From assembly GCA_964522445.1 (NCBI GenBank), contig CAZFUY010000002.1, positions 299 to 64,298 on the forward strand: a DNA stretch of 64,000 nt, in the 5' to 3' direction. Numbering within the stretch: the first letter of the stretch is position 1; the number at the start of each line of letters is the position of its first letter. Positions 8,113 to 17,765 of the stretch are shown here, piece after piece. Origin of the DNA: an uncultured Thiotrichaceae bacterium. GTDB taxonomy: Bacteria > Pseudomonadota > Gammaproteobacteria > SZUA-229. A program made the translations under genes and the position numbers. The notes below the pieces were generated by a model, which saw only the letters and a program-made list of their open reading frames with translations, ran no database searches and was not told the DNA's origin.

Positions 8113-9069
8113 TTAATAGAACCTGTCTTCACCTTCAGGCCGTGTTCTAAATAATTTAAGCGTCCAGAAATACTGTGCGGGACAAATTCTAACTGTTTCC
8201 TCAATTGCTTTATTCATTCGGATTGTGTCTTTTTTATCATCGCCTGAAGGAAAATCTTTTAATGCCGGCAAAATATGGATAATGTATTTATGCTGTTTCT
8301 CATCATAACAACTGATACAGGGCAATACATCTGCATTACAGGTTTTTGCCAAACGACCTAATACGGGAATAGTGGCTTTTTGCTCACCAAAAAAAGGCAC
8401 AAAAATCGAGCGATCCTTACCCAGATCCTCATCCGGTAAATAAAACATAACCTGCCCTGCACGCACATCTTTAATAATAGGACGCAGGCCAGCTTCACGT
8501 GTATATATGATTGTACCAAATCGTGTGCGGCATTTTGCCACCAACCAGTTGGTAACTTTATTTTTCATTAATTTAAACGGCCCAGAAATGGGATAACGCA
8601 TGGTTATAGCTGAAACTGCTGCTTCGAGACCTACACTATGACTGGTCATAACAATAACAGATCGTCCTGCTTTCTGGCTTTGTTCTATATACTGCTGACC
8701 TTTTATAATAATCCTTTTTTTAAGCATGAATTTTGGCGCCCACCAAAATAGCCCATAATGCAAAATGCTTCGTGTCTGCGCACGAAAATTTTGTTTTAAT
8801 AGTTTATTGCGTTGCTGTTGGTTAATATCAGGAAAACAGAGTTCAATATTTTTACGTGCTATACGTCTACGCTTAGCATTTATATTTCGGGCTAAATCAC
8901 CTAAAATATTACCTGTAAAATCAGTTAGCTTTGCAGGCAGAAGCATAAAGATAAACAGCATAAAAACAGCAAGCCATGTCAGCCAGTAGGTCGGCCTCAG
9001 AAATTCTGCTTCAAATTTTGCTTTATATATTAAAGAACTTTGTCCCGCTATTTTTTTTACTGCTGCCAT
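8113..9069 (-). CDS. lpxL: Lipid A biosynthesis (Kdo)2-lipid IVA acyltransferase (LpxL/HtrB family)
   Basis: FLRPTYWLTWL, NIELCFP and the C-terminal PAQYFWTLKLFRTRPEG closely parallel E. coli LpxL as I remember it. Confidence 0.75.
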   Translation of the reverse strand: MAAVKKIAGQSSLIYKAKFEAEFLRPTYWLTWLAVFMLFIFMLLPAKLTDFTGNILGDLARNINAKRRRIARKNIELCFPDINQQQRNKLLKQNFRAQTRSILHYGLFWWAPKFMLKKRIIIKGQQYIEQSQKAGRSVIVMTSHSVGLEAAVSAITMRYPISGPFKLMKNKVTNWLVAKCRTRFGTIIYTREAGLRPIIKDVRAGQVMFYLPDEDLGKDRSIFVPFFGEQKATIPVLGRLAKTCNADVLPCISCYDEKQHKYIIHILPALKDFPSGDDKKDTIRMNKAIEETVRICPAQYFWTLKLFRTRPEGEDRFY

Positions 9070-9632
9070 TATTTTTTTGCGGCCACTAATAATGCCTGAT
9101 CTCTAATCCCTGTTTGCTGATCACCATATTTCTGATCTTCGCGGTAATATAATATTTCCATGTCCGAAAAAAACTTTAATAACTCACCATGGCAAAACCG
9201 ATATTCTGGATTTGAAGGACCACAATCATCGAGTTGCTCACCACTAAATGTCTGGTAAAATAATAAACCTTCTGGCTTTAAAAGTTTTTTTATATTATCT
9301 AATGAGGAACGATGCAAAAAGAAACAGGCTGTCACAATATCAAACTGTTCTGTAATTAACAGGTTATTTTCTAAATCACGCACTTCTGCTTTTATATTTA
9401 ATAAATATTGATCACTATATTGTTGTATTTTATTAATTGCAATTTTTGATTGATCCCATGCAGTAACATCAAAGTTTCTATGGGCCAACCAACATCCATT
9501 AGCCGCAAGACCACAGGCATAATCTAATGCTTTTCCAGTCTCTGGCAATAAATGGCTATTACTGATTAATACATCTGCCGGTGTTTGTTCTGCAACTTCT
9601 CTTGTTAAATAATGACGATCCCAATCAGGCAT
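9069..9632 (-). CDS. Class I SAM-dependent methyltransferase (TehB-like)
   Basis: ALDYACGLAANG is the glycine-rich SAM motif. I chose the start MPDWDRHY at 9632 because it overlaps the trkH stop as TAATG. The track's longer ORF (to 9719) overlaps trkH. Confidence 0.7.
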   Translation of the reverse strand: MPDWDRHYLTREVAEQTPADVLISNSHLLPETGKALDYACGLAANGCWLAHRNFDVTAWDQSKIAINKIQQYSDQYLLNIKAEVRDLENNLLITEQFDIVTACFFLHRSSLDNIKKLLKPEGLLFYQTFSGEQLDDCGPSNPEYRFCHGELLKFFSDMEILYYREDQKYGDQQTGIRDQALLVAAKK

Positions 9633-11083
9633 TATTTCCTCCAGAAAGCTGGCGTAAATAAAACCAGCAGTGTAAATACTTCTAAACGCCCCATTAGCAT
9701 AGAGATACACAAAGTCCATTTTACAAAATCTGTCATGCCTGCATAGTTAGCACCAACATCACCCAGGCCTGGCCCAAGATTATTCATTGTGGCAGCAACA
9801 GCCGAAAAAGATGTTACCTGATCAAGACCACTAGCCATAAGCAATAACATCAGGAAAACAAATACTGCAACATAGGCTGCAAAAAAACCCCACACGGCAT
9901 CAATAACAGAATCAGAAACAGGTGTCTTACCAATTTTTACAACAATTTGTGCATTAGGATGAATTAAACGCATCATTTCACGCGCGCCCTGTTTAAACAA
10001 TAACAGCACGCGAATAACTTTCATGCCACCGCCTGTTGATCCTGCACAACCACCAATGAAACTGGTAAACAATAATAGCACTGGTAAAAAACCTGGCCAT
10101 AAATAAAATTCTGATGTTGCAAAACCAGTTGTTGTTCCAATTGATACAGCATGAAACACACCTTGCAGCAAGGCCTCTTCCATATTATAAACAGCGCCCG
10201 TTAAATAAAGATAAGAAACACAAATTGCTGCAACAAGAAAAAGCACACGCATATATGTTACAAACTCTGTATCTGATGTATAGGTTTTTAAATTCCATTT
10301 TCTAAAAGCAACAAAATGCAGGCCGAAGTTAACTCCTCCCAATAGCATAAATACAACGGCAACCGCTTCAATCCAGTGATTATTAAAATAACCAATGCTT
10401 GCATCATGAGTTGAAAAACCACCAATGGCTACTGTTGAAAAGCTATGCGCTATCGCATCAAATAAACTCATTCCTGCAAACCAGTAAGCTACCGCACATG
10501 CAACGGTTAAGCTCAGGTAGATATACCAGAGTGCTTTTGCCGTTTCTGTAATCCGTGGCGTTAATTTATTATCTTTAATAGGCCCAGGTGTTTCTGCACG
10601 ATAAAGCTGCATGCCTCCTATGCCAAGCATTGGTAAGACAGCAACGGCTAAAACAATAATTCCCATACCTCCCAGCCACTGTAATTCCTGTCGATAAAAC
10701 AAAATCGAATGAGGCATATTGTCAAGGCCAGTTAATACCGTTGCCCCTGTCGTTGTTAGTGCAGACACAGATTCAAAAACAGCGTCAGCCAACTGAATAT
10801 TTAACTGTTCATATAATAAAAATGGTACAGAGCCTGAAGCGCCCAACACAAACCAGAACATTACAACAACAACAAAGCCATCTCGCAAACGCAAATCCTG
10901 CCTTACGTTTCTAACCGGTAGCCACAGAAACAACCCCATACCCAACAGTAAAATATAACTATATAAAAAGGCATCACTTGCACCTTCCTGATACCAGAGA
11001 TCAATTAATAATGGCGGCAATGAAGTGATGCTGAATAGCATCAATAATATTCCAGTAATTCTTTGTATGACTTTAAAATTCAC
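9632..11083 (-). CDS. trkH: Trk-type potassium uptake protein TrkH
   Basis: Polytopic membrane protein with repeated TTTG / GGMQ / GGFS / GSTGGG selectivity-filter-like motifs. Confidence 0.9.
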   Translation of the reverse strand: MNFKVIQRITGILLMLFSITSLPPLLIDLWYQEGASDAFLYSYILLLGMGLFLWLPVRNVRQDLRLRDGFVVVVMFWFVLGASGSVPFLLYEQLNIQLADAVFESVSALTTTGATVLTGLDNMPHSILFYRQELQWLGGMGIIVLAVAVLPMLGIGGMQLYRAETPGPIKDNKLTPRITETAKALWYIYLSLTVACAVAYWFAGMSLFDAIAHSFSTVAIGGFSTHDASIGYFNNHWIEAVAVVFMLLGGVNFGLHFVAFRKWNLKTYTSDTEFVTYMRVLFLVAAICVSYLYLTGAVYNMEEALLQGVFHAVSIGTTTGFATSEFYLWPGFLPVLLLFTSFIGGCAGSTGGGMKVIRVLLLFKQGAREMMRLIHPNAQIVVKIGKTPVSDSVIDAVWGFFAAYVAVFVFLMLLLMASGLDQVTSFSAVAATMNNLGPGLGDVGANYAGMTDFVKWTLCISMLMGRLEVFTLLVLFTPAFWRK

Positions 11084-11187
11084 TGTCTTATTTTTTAGCC
11101 TGGATTAATCTGTTTTGATTTTAGCATAGGACTGTTGATGAGTTGCTTCAGCTCTAAGCCGACAACTTATTAATCCAGATTTAAAGC

Positions 11188-12564
11188 TTAAATAAATGTA
11201 ACGCCAACCTGAAACATTCGTTCTACTTCATGAATTTTTGATTTATCAACAAGAAACAACACCACATGATCTTCAGCTTCGATTACGGTATCGTGATGAG
11301 CAATAATAACTTCTTTACCTCGCACTATTGCGCCAATTGTTGTACCTCCTGGCAATTCTATATCTTCAAGTTTATGCCCCACAACTTTTGAAGTATTTTC
11401 ATCGCCATGAGCAATCGCTTCAATTGCTTCAGCCGCACCTCGACGTAACGAATGAACAGCAACAACATCGCCTCGACGCACATGCGTTAACAACGCACCA
11501 ATAGTCACCTGCTCTGGTGAAATAGCGACATCAATAGCCTCCTGACTTTCCATTAAATCAACGTAAGCTGGTCGATTAATTAATGACATAACTTTACGCG
11601 TGCCAAGACGCTTGGCTAACATTGCTGAAAGTATATTCGCTTCATCATCATTGGTGACAGAACAGAAAATATCCATGCTATCAATATTTTCTTCTAATAA
11701 TAATTCTTCATTAGCAGAATCACCGAGCAAGACAACGGTCTTAGATAGCGTTTGTGATAATTCACGCGCACGTTCTGGATTACATTCCAGTATTTTAACC
11801 TGATGCCTTTTTTCCAGTCGTTCTGCCAGACGTTTACCAATATTACCGCCGCCAGCAATAATAATACGCTTGTTCTTTTTATCAACTCGGCGCAGTTCTT
11901 TTATAACTGCACGTATATGTTCACGCGCTGCAATGAAAAATACTTCATCGCCAGCCTCAACGACAGTATTAGCCATTGGAATAATAGCTCGCCCTCGTCG
12001 ATAAATTGCAGCAACACGCGTATCAATATTGGGCATATGCTTGCGTAACTCCTGAAGCTCATGCCCCACCAATGGACCACCAAAGTAGGCTCTTAAACCA
12101 ACCAGCACCACTTTACCATCCGCAAAATCCAGCACCTGTAAAGCACCTGGATATTCGATAATATTGCTGATGTAGTTAGTAACAAGTTCTTCTGGGCTGA
12201 TTAAAACATCGATAGGAAGCGCGTTACCTATAAACAACTCATTGTGCTTAAGGTACTCAGCAGAGCGAATACGGGCAATTTTTGTGGGTGTGTGATGTAG
12301 CGTCCAGGCAACCTGACATGCCACCATATTGGTTTCATCACTGTTAGTCACAGCGATCAACATATCAGCATCTTCAACGCCTGCCTGTTCCAGAATATTG
12401 GGATGAGCCGCATTGCCCGCTACTGTCTGTATATCCAGACGATCACGCAATTCATGTAGCAGATCGACTTTGGAATCAACCAGCGTTATATCATTGGCCT
12501 CAGATGCCAGATTAGCTGCAACTGACGAGCCTACCTGACCTGCGCCTAAAATCAGTATTTTCAT
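11188..12564 (-). CDS. trkA: Trk system NAD-binding component TrkA
   Basis: Two Rossmann motifs, MKILILGAGQVG and IIIAGGGNIG, with RCK_C domains between them. Confidence 0.9.
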   Translation of the reverse strand: MKILILGAGQVGSSVAANLASEANDITLVDSKVDLLHELRDRLDIQTVAGNAAHPNILEQAGVEDADMLIAVTNSDETNMVACQVAWTLHHTPTKIARIRSAEYLKHNELFIGNALPIDVLISPEELVTNYISNIIEYPGALQVLDFADGKVVLVGLRAYFGGPLVGHELQELRKHMPNIDTRVAAIYRRGRAIIPMANTVVEAGDEVFFIAAREHIRAVIKELRRVDKKNKRIIIAGGGNIGKRLAERLEKRHQVKILECNPERARELSQTLSKTVVLLGDSANEELLLEENIDSMDIFCSVTNDDEANILSAMLAKRLGTRKVMSLINRPAYVDLMESQEAIDVAISPEQVTIGALLTHVRRGDVVAVHSLRRGAAEAIEAIAHGDENTSKVVGHKLEDIELPGGTTIGAIVRGKEVIIAHHDTVIEAEDHVVLFLVDKSKIHEVERMFQVGVTFI

Positions 12565-12665
12565 TACTGCATATTCTTTGTTTTACTTTGCGCGAAGTTT
12601 ACGCCTTTCACGCATAGATTCCAGTATGAATTAACCAGATAGATCAACAAGTATTGTTTTAAATA

Positions 12666-12823
12666 GAGACCTTTGCACGATACAGGCGCGATATATAAAT
12701 TTGGCTATTATTGACTGATTGAGGCAGGAAACGAAGTTAATATCTGAATATCGGCAAGTTTTCTAACAAAAAGCAGGCGAATTTTATCCGTTGTTATTCG
12801 TGAATGTATCGTGCAAAGGTCTC
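12666..12823. mobile_element. MITE-like element, copy B
   Basis: TIR GAGACCTTTGCACGATACA (19 bp) at both ends. It is flanked by TAAATA (12660-12665 and 12824-12829). The interior is homologous to copy C. Confidence 0.8.
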
Positions 12824-12839
12824 TAAATACGAATACAGT

Positions 12840-13424
12840 CTAGAAAGGGATGTAGATATAGTGCAGATTATGTTTATGGGTGCCAATTGCTTTTCTATTT
12901 TTAAAATCAAACTTATAGCCCGCACGCACAAAAGGGCTCGCCTGATTGTGACATTTCTGTGTGCAGACATTCTGCTTTTCTGAAGGCAGGATCATTTTAC
13001 CTTTTTTAATGTAATCTTCACGACGATAAGTGCCTCTTACCTTGAGCATCATTTCAGCATAAATACTGCCGGGGCCATGACACATTTCACATTGCACATT
13101 AGCCATGCCCGGTGTTTTTTCCATACTAACAAAACCGCCGGGGCGGCCAAAACCAGTTGTATGGCAGGTTAGACAGGCCGGGTTACTGGTATAGTCAGCT
13201 TTGGGATCAAGGCCTGCTTTCTTTTTTGCCTCACTACGCACCCCCGGCTTAAGCAATTCAAAAGTATTCGACATTCTGGTTTTTGACCAGGATTCAAAAT
13301 GAGGGATATGACAGACGCGACATAGTTCAACACCCACATATTCAGGTGTTTCTGATGCAGATGCAGACGCATAAGTAGAAAGAGCGAACAACAATAATGT
13401 AATCAGGTATGCAATAACGCGCAT
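12840..13424 (-). CDS. Secreted multiheme c-type cytochrome (three CXXCH sites plus one CX3CH site)
   Basis: Signal peptide, then CRVCH, CLTCH, CEMCH and CTQKCH. I checked the last site on the DNA (tgc aca cag aaa tgt cac). Confidence 0.8.
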   Translation of the reverse strand: MRVIAYLITLLLFALSTYASASASETPEYVGVELCRVCHIPHFESWSKTRMSNTFELLKPGVRSEAKKKAGLDPKADYTSNPACLTCHTTGFGRPGGFVSMEKTPGMANVQCEMCHGPGSIYAEMMLKVRGTYRREDYIKKGKMILPSEKQNVCTQKCHNQASPFVRAGYKFDFKNRKAIGTHKHNLHYIYIPF

Positions 13425-13494
13425 AAAAATTAAGGCTGTATTAAAAAATTAATACATAGAGTATATGTGGATATATAGATTAATCAATTATCTG

Positions 13495-14832
13495 CTAACA
13501 AATTGCTGTGAGTGATTTAGTCAAAAGAGCATAATAAAATCCATCCATACCCTTTTCACCCGTCAAAATCTGCCGTCCATAAGGCCGTGCATGCCCCCAG
13601 TCCACATCGATCTTAATTTCTTCCGCATCTGTTTGCTGCTGTAAAAAAGTTGCTATCTGATTTTCATTCTCATCTTTAAAAACAGAGCATGTTGCATATA
13701 ACAACTTTCCACCCGGCTTTAATAAAGCCCATATTTTATTAAGAATATTTTGCTGTATTTCAACCAGTTGTTTTATATCCTGTGGGCGGCGTAATAATTT
13801 AATATCAGGATGCCGGCGTATCACACCCGATGCCGAACAGGGCACATCCAGCAAAATACGATCAAAACAATCACCGTCCCACCATTGATCTGGGTGCTGC
13901 GCATCACCTGCCAGTAACTCTGCTGAAAAACCTAAACGCTCAAGATTTTCCTGTACTCTAAGTAAACGCTGATCCGATATATCCATAGCCGTCATATTTA
14001 TATCCGGCTCAACTTCAAACATATGACATGTTTTACCGCCTGGAGCTGCACAACAATCAAGCACTTTTTGTTTTGCTTTTAAATCTATTAACTGTGCCGC
14101 TTTTTGCGCACCTGCATCCTGCACAGAAAACCAGCCCTCTTCATATCCAGGCAATTCAGTCACATCAACTGCATGCTCAAGAAAAATGGTGCTATCTTTT
14201 TTATAATCAATATTATCCTGCACCGGCACATTCAGTTTTGATAAATAATCCTTAACCGTTATTTGCTGTTGATTAATACGTAAGACCATAGGGGCATGCA
14301 AATTATTTTGCTGCATAATCTGTTGCCAATTGTCTGGCCAGTCTTTTTTTAGTCGATCAATTATCCATTGAGGATGAGAATATAGTGCCTGCGGTTTTGA
14401 CTGTAATTTTTTTTCCAGCTCTTCTTTTTGCTTATCCTGAAAACGAATAAAGTTTCGTAGTACGGCATTAACCAGCCCTGTTGCCCAGATTTTCTTTCGC
14501 TTTCTCGCCAGACTAACCGCTGCATCAACAGAGGCATAATCAGGCACGCGAGTATCCATAAGTTGATACAAAGCCATTAGTAATATAATTTGAATATCAC
14601 TGTCTTTTTCTTTTAATGGTTTTTTCATTAACAAAGGGAGAATTGTTATTAAACGATAATACCAACGCAACACGCCATAAATTAACATTTGCGCAAATGC
14701 TTTGTCTTTAGATGTCTGTGACTGTTTAAGAATAACGGGCAGGCATGATGATAATGATTCACCCTGCACTATAACGGCCTGCAAAACTTTTAAAGCTAAA
14801 CCTCGCGCATCTGCTTTATTTTTATCAATCAT
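13495..14832 (-). CDS. rsmB: 16S rRNA (cytosine967-C5)-methyltransferase RsmB
   Basis: NusB-like N-terminal domain, the SAM site DCCAAPGGKT, and the catalytic DVPCSASG and TCS. I prefer the start MIDKNK at 14832, which overlaps the fmt stop by 8 nt. Confidence 0.85.
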   Translation of the reverse strand: MIDKNKADARGLALKVLQAVIVQGESLSSCLPVILKQSQTSKDKAFAQMLIYGVLRWYYRLITILPLLMKKPLKEKDSDIQIILLMALYQLMDTRVPDYASVDAAVSLARKRKKIWATGLVNAVLRNFIRFQDKQKEELEKKLQSKPQALYSHPQWIIDRLKKDWPDNWQQIMQQNNLHAPMVLRINQQQITVKDYLSKLNVPVQDNIDYKKDSTIFLEHAVDVTELPGYEEGWFSVQDAGAQKAAQLIDLKAKQKVLDCCAAPGGKTCHMFEVEPDINMTAMDISDQRLLRVQENLERLGFSAELLAGDAQHPDQWWDGDCFDRILLDVPCSASGVIRRHPDIKLLRRPQDIKQLVEIQQNILNKIWALLKPGGKLLYATCSVFKDENENQIATFLQQQTDAEEIKIDVDWGHARPYGRQILTGEKGMDGFYYALLTKSLTAIC

Positions 14833-15778
14833 TACCCAGCACAACACCTGTTAAATCATGCGCATTAACAAAATCTTTTACATCCATGGGTTTACCACCT
14901 GGTAACTGAACCTTTAATAAGCGCAGAATTTTTTCTCCCGTTGCTACATCAATACCCTGTTTATCACATTTTAAAACTGTACCGGGTATTGCATTTGTTG
15001 TCTCATCTAAAACCTGTGCCTGCCAGATTCTTAGCATTTGTTGTTTATTATTTTTAAGCAAACCTGTTTGTGCTACGGGCCAGGCATTAAATGCATTAAC
15101 TTTATTTTGAAGTTCTTTTGCTGTTTGTTGCCAGTCTAATAATGCTTCAGATTTCTGTAATTTTTCTGCATAACATGCCTGACTGTCATCCTGAACTTCA
15201 GCTTGTGTTTCACCTTTAATTATTAAGGGCAATGTTTCCATTAAAGCGTCCGCACCCATTTCAGATAATCTGTCATGCAAACTGGAACCTGTATCCATTC
15301 CTTCAATAATACAATTTTTCTTCAGCAACATATCACCAGTATCAAGCCCTTCTCCCATTTGCATAATGGTGATACCTGTTTCTTTATCTCCCGCCAAAAT
15401 AGCTCTTTGAATGGGCGCTGCGCCACGCCAGCGCGGCAGTAAAGATGCGTGAATATTTATACAGCCTAATTTAGGGGCATCCAGAATAACTTTTGGCAAT
15501 ATCAGGCCATAAGCAACCACCACCATTAAATCAGCCTGTAATTTTTCAAGTTCCTGCTGCACTTCATCTGTTTTTAAACTAGCAGGTTGATAGACAGGAA
15601 TGTCATATTCCAGCGCCAGTTTTTTAACAGGCCCAGGCATTAACTTTCGCCCTCGTCCTGCAGGTCGATCAGGCTGTGTGTAAACCGCAACAACCTGATG
15701 ATCAGAATTAATTAACGCTTTTAAGGGAGGAACAGAAAAATCAGGCGTACCTGCAAAAATTATTTTTAGTTTTGACAT
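14825..15778 (-). CDS. fmt: Methionyl-tRNA formyltransferase
   Basis: MSKLKIIFAGTPDF, HASLLPRWRGAAPIQ. ATG start at 15778. Confidence 0.9.
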   Translation of the reverse strand: MSKLKIIFAGTPDFSVPPLKALINSDHQVVAVYTQPDRPAGRGRKLMPGPVKKLALEYDIPVYQPASLKTDEVQQELEKLQADLMVVVAYGLILPKVILDAPKLGCINIHASLLPRWRGAAPIQRAILAGDKETGITIMQMGEGLDTGDMLLKKNCIIEGMDTGSSLHDRLSEMGADALMETLPLIIKGETQAEVQDDSQACYAEKLQKSEALLDWQQTAKELQNKVNAFNAWPVAQTGLLKNNKQQMLRIWQAQVLDETTNAIPGTVLKCDKQGIDVATGEKILRLLKVQLPGGKPMDVKDFVNAHDLTGVVLGND

Positions 15779-15812
15779 TACCAAGAGACCTTTAATCTAG
15801 ATTAATCCAGAT

Positions 15813-16319
15813 TTACATTATCGCTGCTTTTTTTTGTTTTTCTAATTTCTTTTTAATTCGATTGCGTTTTAATGCTGACAGATAATCTACAAATAATTTA
15901 CCCTGCAGATGATCAAGTTCGTGCTGGATACAGACGGCTAATAAATCATCCGCTTCCAGCTCAAATTGTTCACCCTCTTTATTCAATGCCCTCACTTTAA
16001 CGCTATCAGCTCTGTGTACTGCTTCATAAATACCGGGGACTGAAAGACAGCCTTCTTCTCTTTCTTCTTCACCCTCTTTTTCAATAATCTGAGGATTGAT
16101 CAAACACAGAGGCTGATCTTTTTCTTCAGAAACATCAATCACAACAATCCGTTTATGAACATTAACCTGTGTCGCGGCAAGACCTATGCCGGGCGCTTCA
16201 TACATAGTTTCGAGCATATCGTCTACTAACTGACGAATACTGTCGTCTACTACATCAACCGATCTGGCTTTGGTACGCAGTCGATCATCAGGGAATTTCA
16301 ATATCTCCAGTCTGGCCAT
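15813..16319 (-). CDS. def: Peptide deformylase
   Basis: The motifs [13 protein letters not shown] and QHELDH are all present. Confidence 0.95.
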   Translation of the reverse strand: MARLEILKFPDDRLRTKARSVDVVDDSIRQLVDDMLETMYEAPGIGLAATQVNVHKRIVVIDVSEEKDQPLCLINPQIIEKEGEEEREEGCLSVPGIYEAVHRADSVKVRALNKEGEQFELEADDLLAVCIQHELDHLQGKLFVDYLSALKRNRIKKKLEKQKKAAIM

Positions 16320-16400
16320 AAAAACTAAACCTATTCAAATATAAAATAGAAAGATAAGGGATTAACTTACTTCATTAATTCAAGTTTATCAGCTAAACTC

Positions 16401-17705
16401 TTGAAAACCACGGATAAATATGGGGAATCTACCTTGGATATCAGAGCAATCAGGGCCCTAATCAGGCTTCCTGCACTACTAGTCAGTATAGTGACTATAA
16501 CGTCAGCCTGTTCAAGCATGCCTTGGTCTTCATCGAATTCTAATGACCAGAGTCAACAAGCGCAAATTTCTGCTGAACAATCAGCAACGGTTGTTGAACC
16601 TGTAGAGCAACCCGCAGAAGCAGCTCAAAGCTCAGAATTAGCACCTGTTGCTACTCAGTCTGTTCGCATACAAGCCGATTATCCTCAGCAATATACTGTT
16701 GTCAAAGGCGATACTCTCTGGGATATAGCCGGCAAGTTTCTAAAAGACCCCTGGTTCTGGCCTGAAATATGGCAACGTAACCCCCAGGTTGAAAATCCTC
16801 ACCTAATCTACCCCGGCGATATTCTTAGCCTTATATATGTGGATGGTAAGCCTCAAATTCAAATAACACGCGCCGCTGAAGGTGATGACGTTATTCGTCG
16901 AGATACTCAGGCAAGAACTGAGAACGGGCTAAATATCGTCAAATTAACCCCCGTTATTCGCAGAACATCCAGGGCATCTCAAATACCAACCATACCAAGC
17001 GATGCAATTAATCAGTTTATTTCCAGACCTAAAGTTGTTACCAGAGAAGAAATAGAAGATGCGCCCTATATTGTCTCCAGTGATGAATCTCACCTGATAC
17101 TGGGTTCTGACAACAGGGTATATATTCGTGGTGAACTCGATAAAGAACGTGTGCGCTACAGCATTTACCGCAGAGGCAATGAACTTATAGACCCGGAAAC
17201 AGATGAAGTTCTGGGTTATGAAGTAATATATGCCGGTGAAGCACGTATTGATATTTATGGTGACCCTGCCACAGCAACAATCACATCATCTCGTAGAGAA
17301 ATTCTTGTTGGCGATTTCCTGATGGCCACAGATAAAAGTGATGTCAGCACCCTGTTTTACCCTAAAGTTCCTGCGCAGAAAATTGAAGGACAGATTGTTT
17401 CATTATTTGATGCTATTTCCAGCGTTGCCAGTTTCCAGATTGTTGTTATCAATCGCGGTGCAGACGAAGGCGTAGAAGTTGGGCATTTACTGGCAAGCTA
17501 TTATAAGGGCGGTGCTGCTCGTGATAAATATATGGCGCGCAAAAAAGTAAAACGCGGCGAAGAAAATAAACTGGTCGTTCAACTACCTGATGAACGCAGT
17601 GGTTTAATGATGGTATTCAAAGTATTTGATCGTGTTAGCTATGCGCTAATCCTTGAATCCACTCGCGTTATTAGAAAGCATGATGTAATAAAAACGCCCC
17701 ATTAA
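16401..17705 (+). CDS. LysM-domain peptidoglycan-binding protein at the def/dprA locus (TsaP-like)
   Basis: LysM segment YTVVKGDTLWDIAGKFLKDPWFWPEIWQRNPQVENPHLIYPGDIL. The N-terminus is lipoprotein-like (ITSAC). The position between def and dprA matches Pseudomonas TsaP. TTG start. Confidence 0.7.
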   Translation: MKTTDKYGESTLDIRAIRALIRLPALLVSIVTITSACSSMPWSSSNSNDQSQQAQISAEQSATVVEPVEQPAEAAQSSELAPVATQSVRIQADYPQQYTVVKGDTLWDIAGKFLKDPWFWPEIWQRNPQVENPHLIYPGDILSLIYVDGKPQIQITRAAEGDDVIRRDTQARTENGLNIVKLTPVIRRTSRASQIPTIPSDAINQFISRPKVVTREEIEDAPYIVSSDESHLILGSDNRVYIRGELDKERVRYSIYRRGNELIDPETDEVLGYEVIYAGEARIDIYGDPATATITSSRREILVGDFLMATDKSDVSTLFYPKVPAQKIEGQIVSLFDAISSVASFQIVVINRGADEGVEVGHLLASYYKGGAARDKYMARKKVKRGEENKLVVQLPDERSGLMMVFKVFDRVSYALILESTRVIRKHDVIKTPH

Positions 17706-17765
17706 TAAATAAAAGGAATGTAGCTATCTGACTCACCTGTACAAGTCGGATAGTTACAATTTTAA

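Noticed and set aside
17724-17753. 10-bp stem (CTATCTGACT / AGTCGGATAG) between the TsaP-like gene and dprA as a terminator
   Set aside because: There is no U-tract directly after the stem, and dprA starts 13 bp later. It may modulate read-through but cannot be called a terminator.
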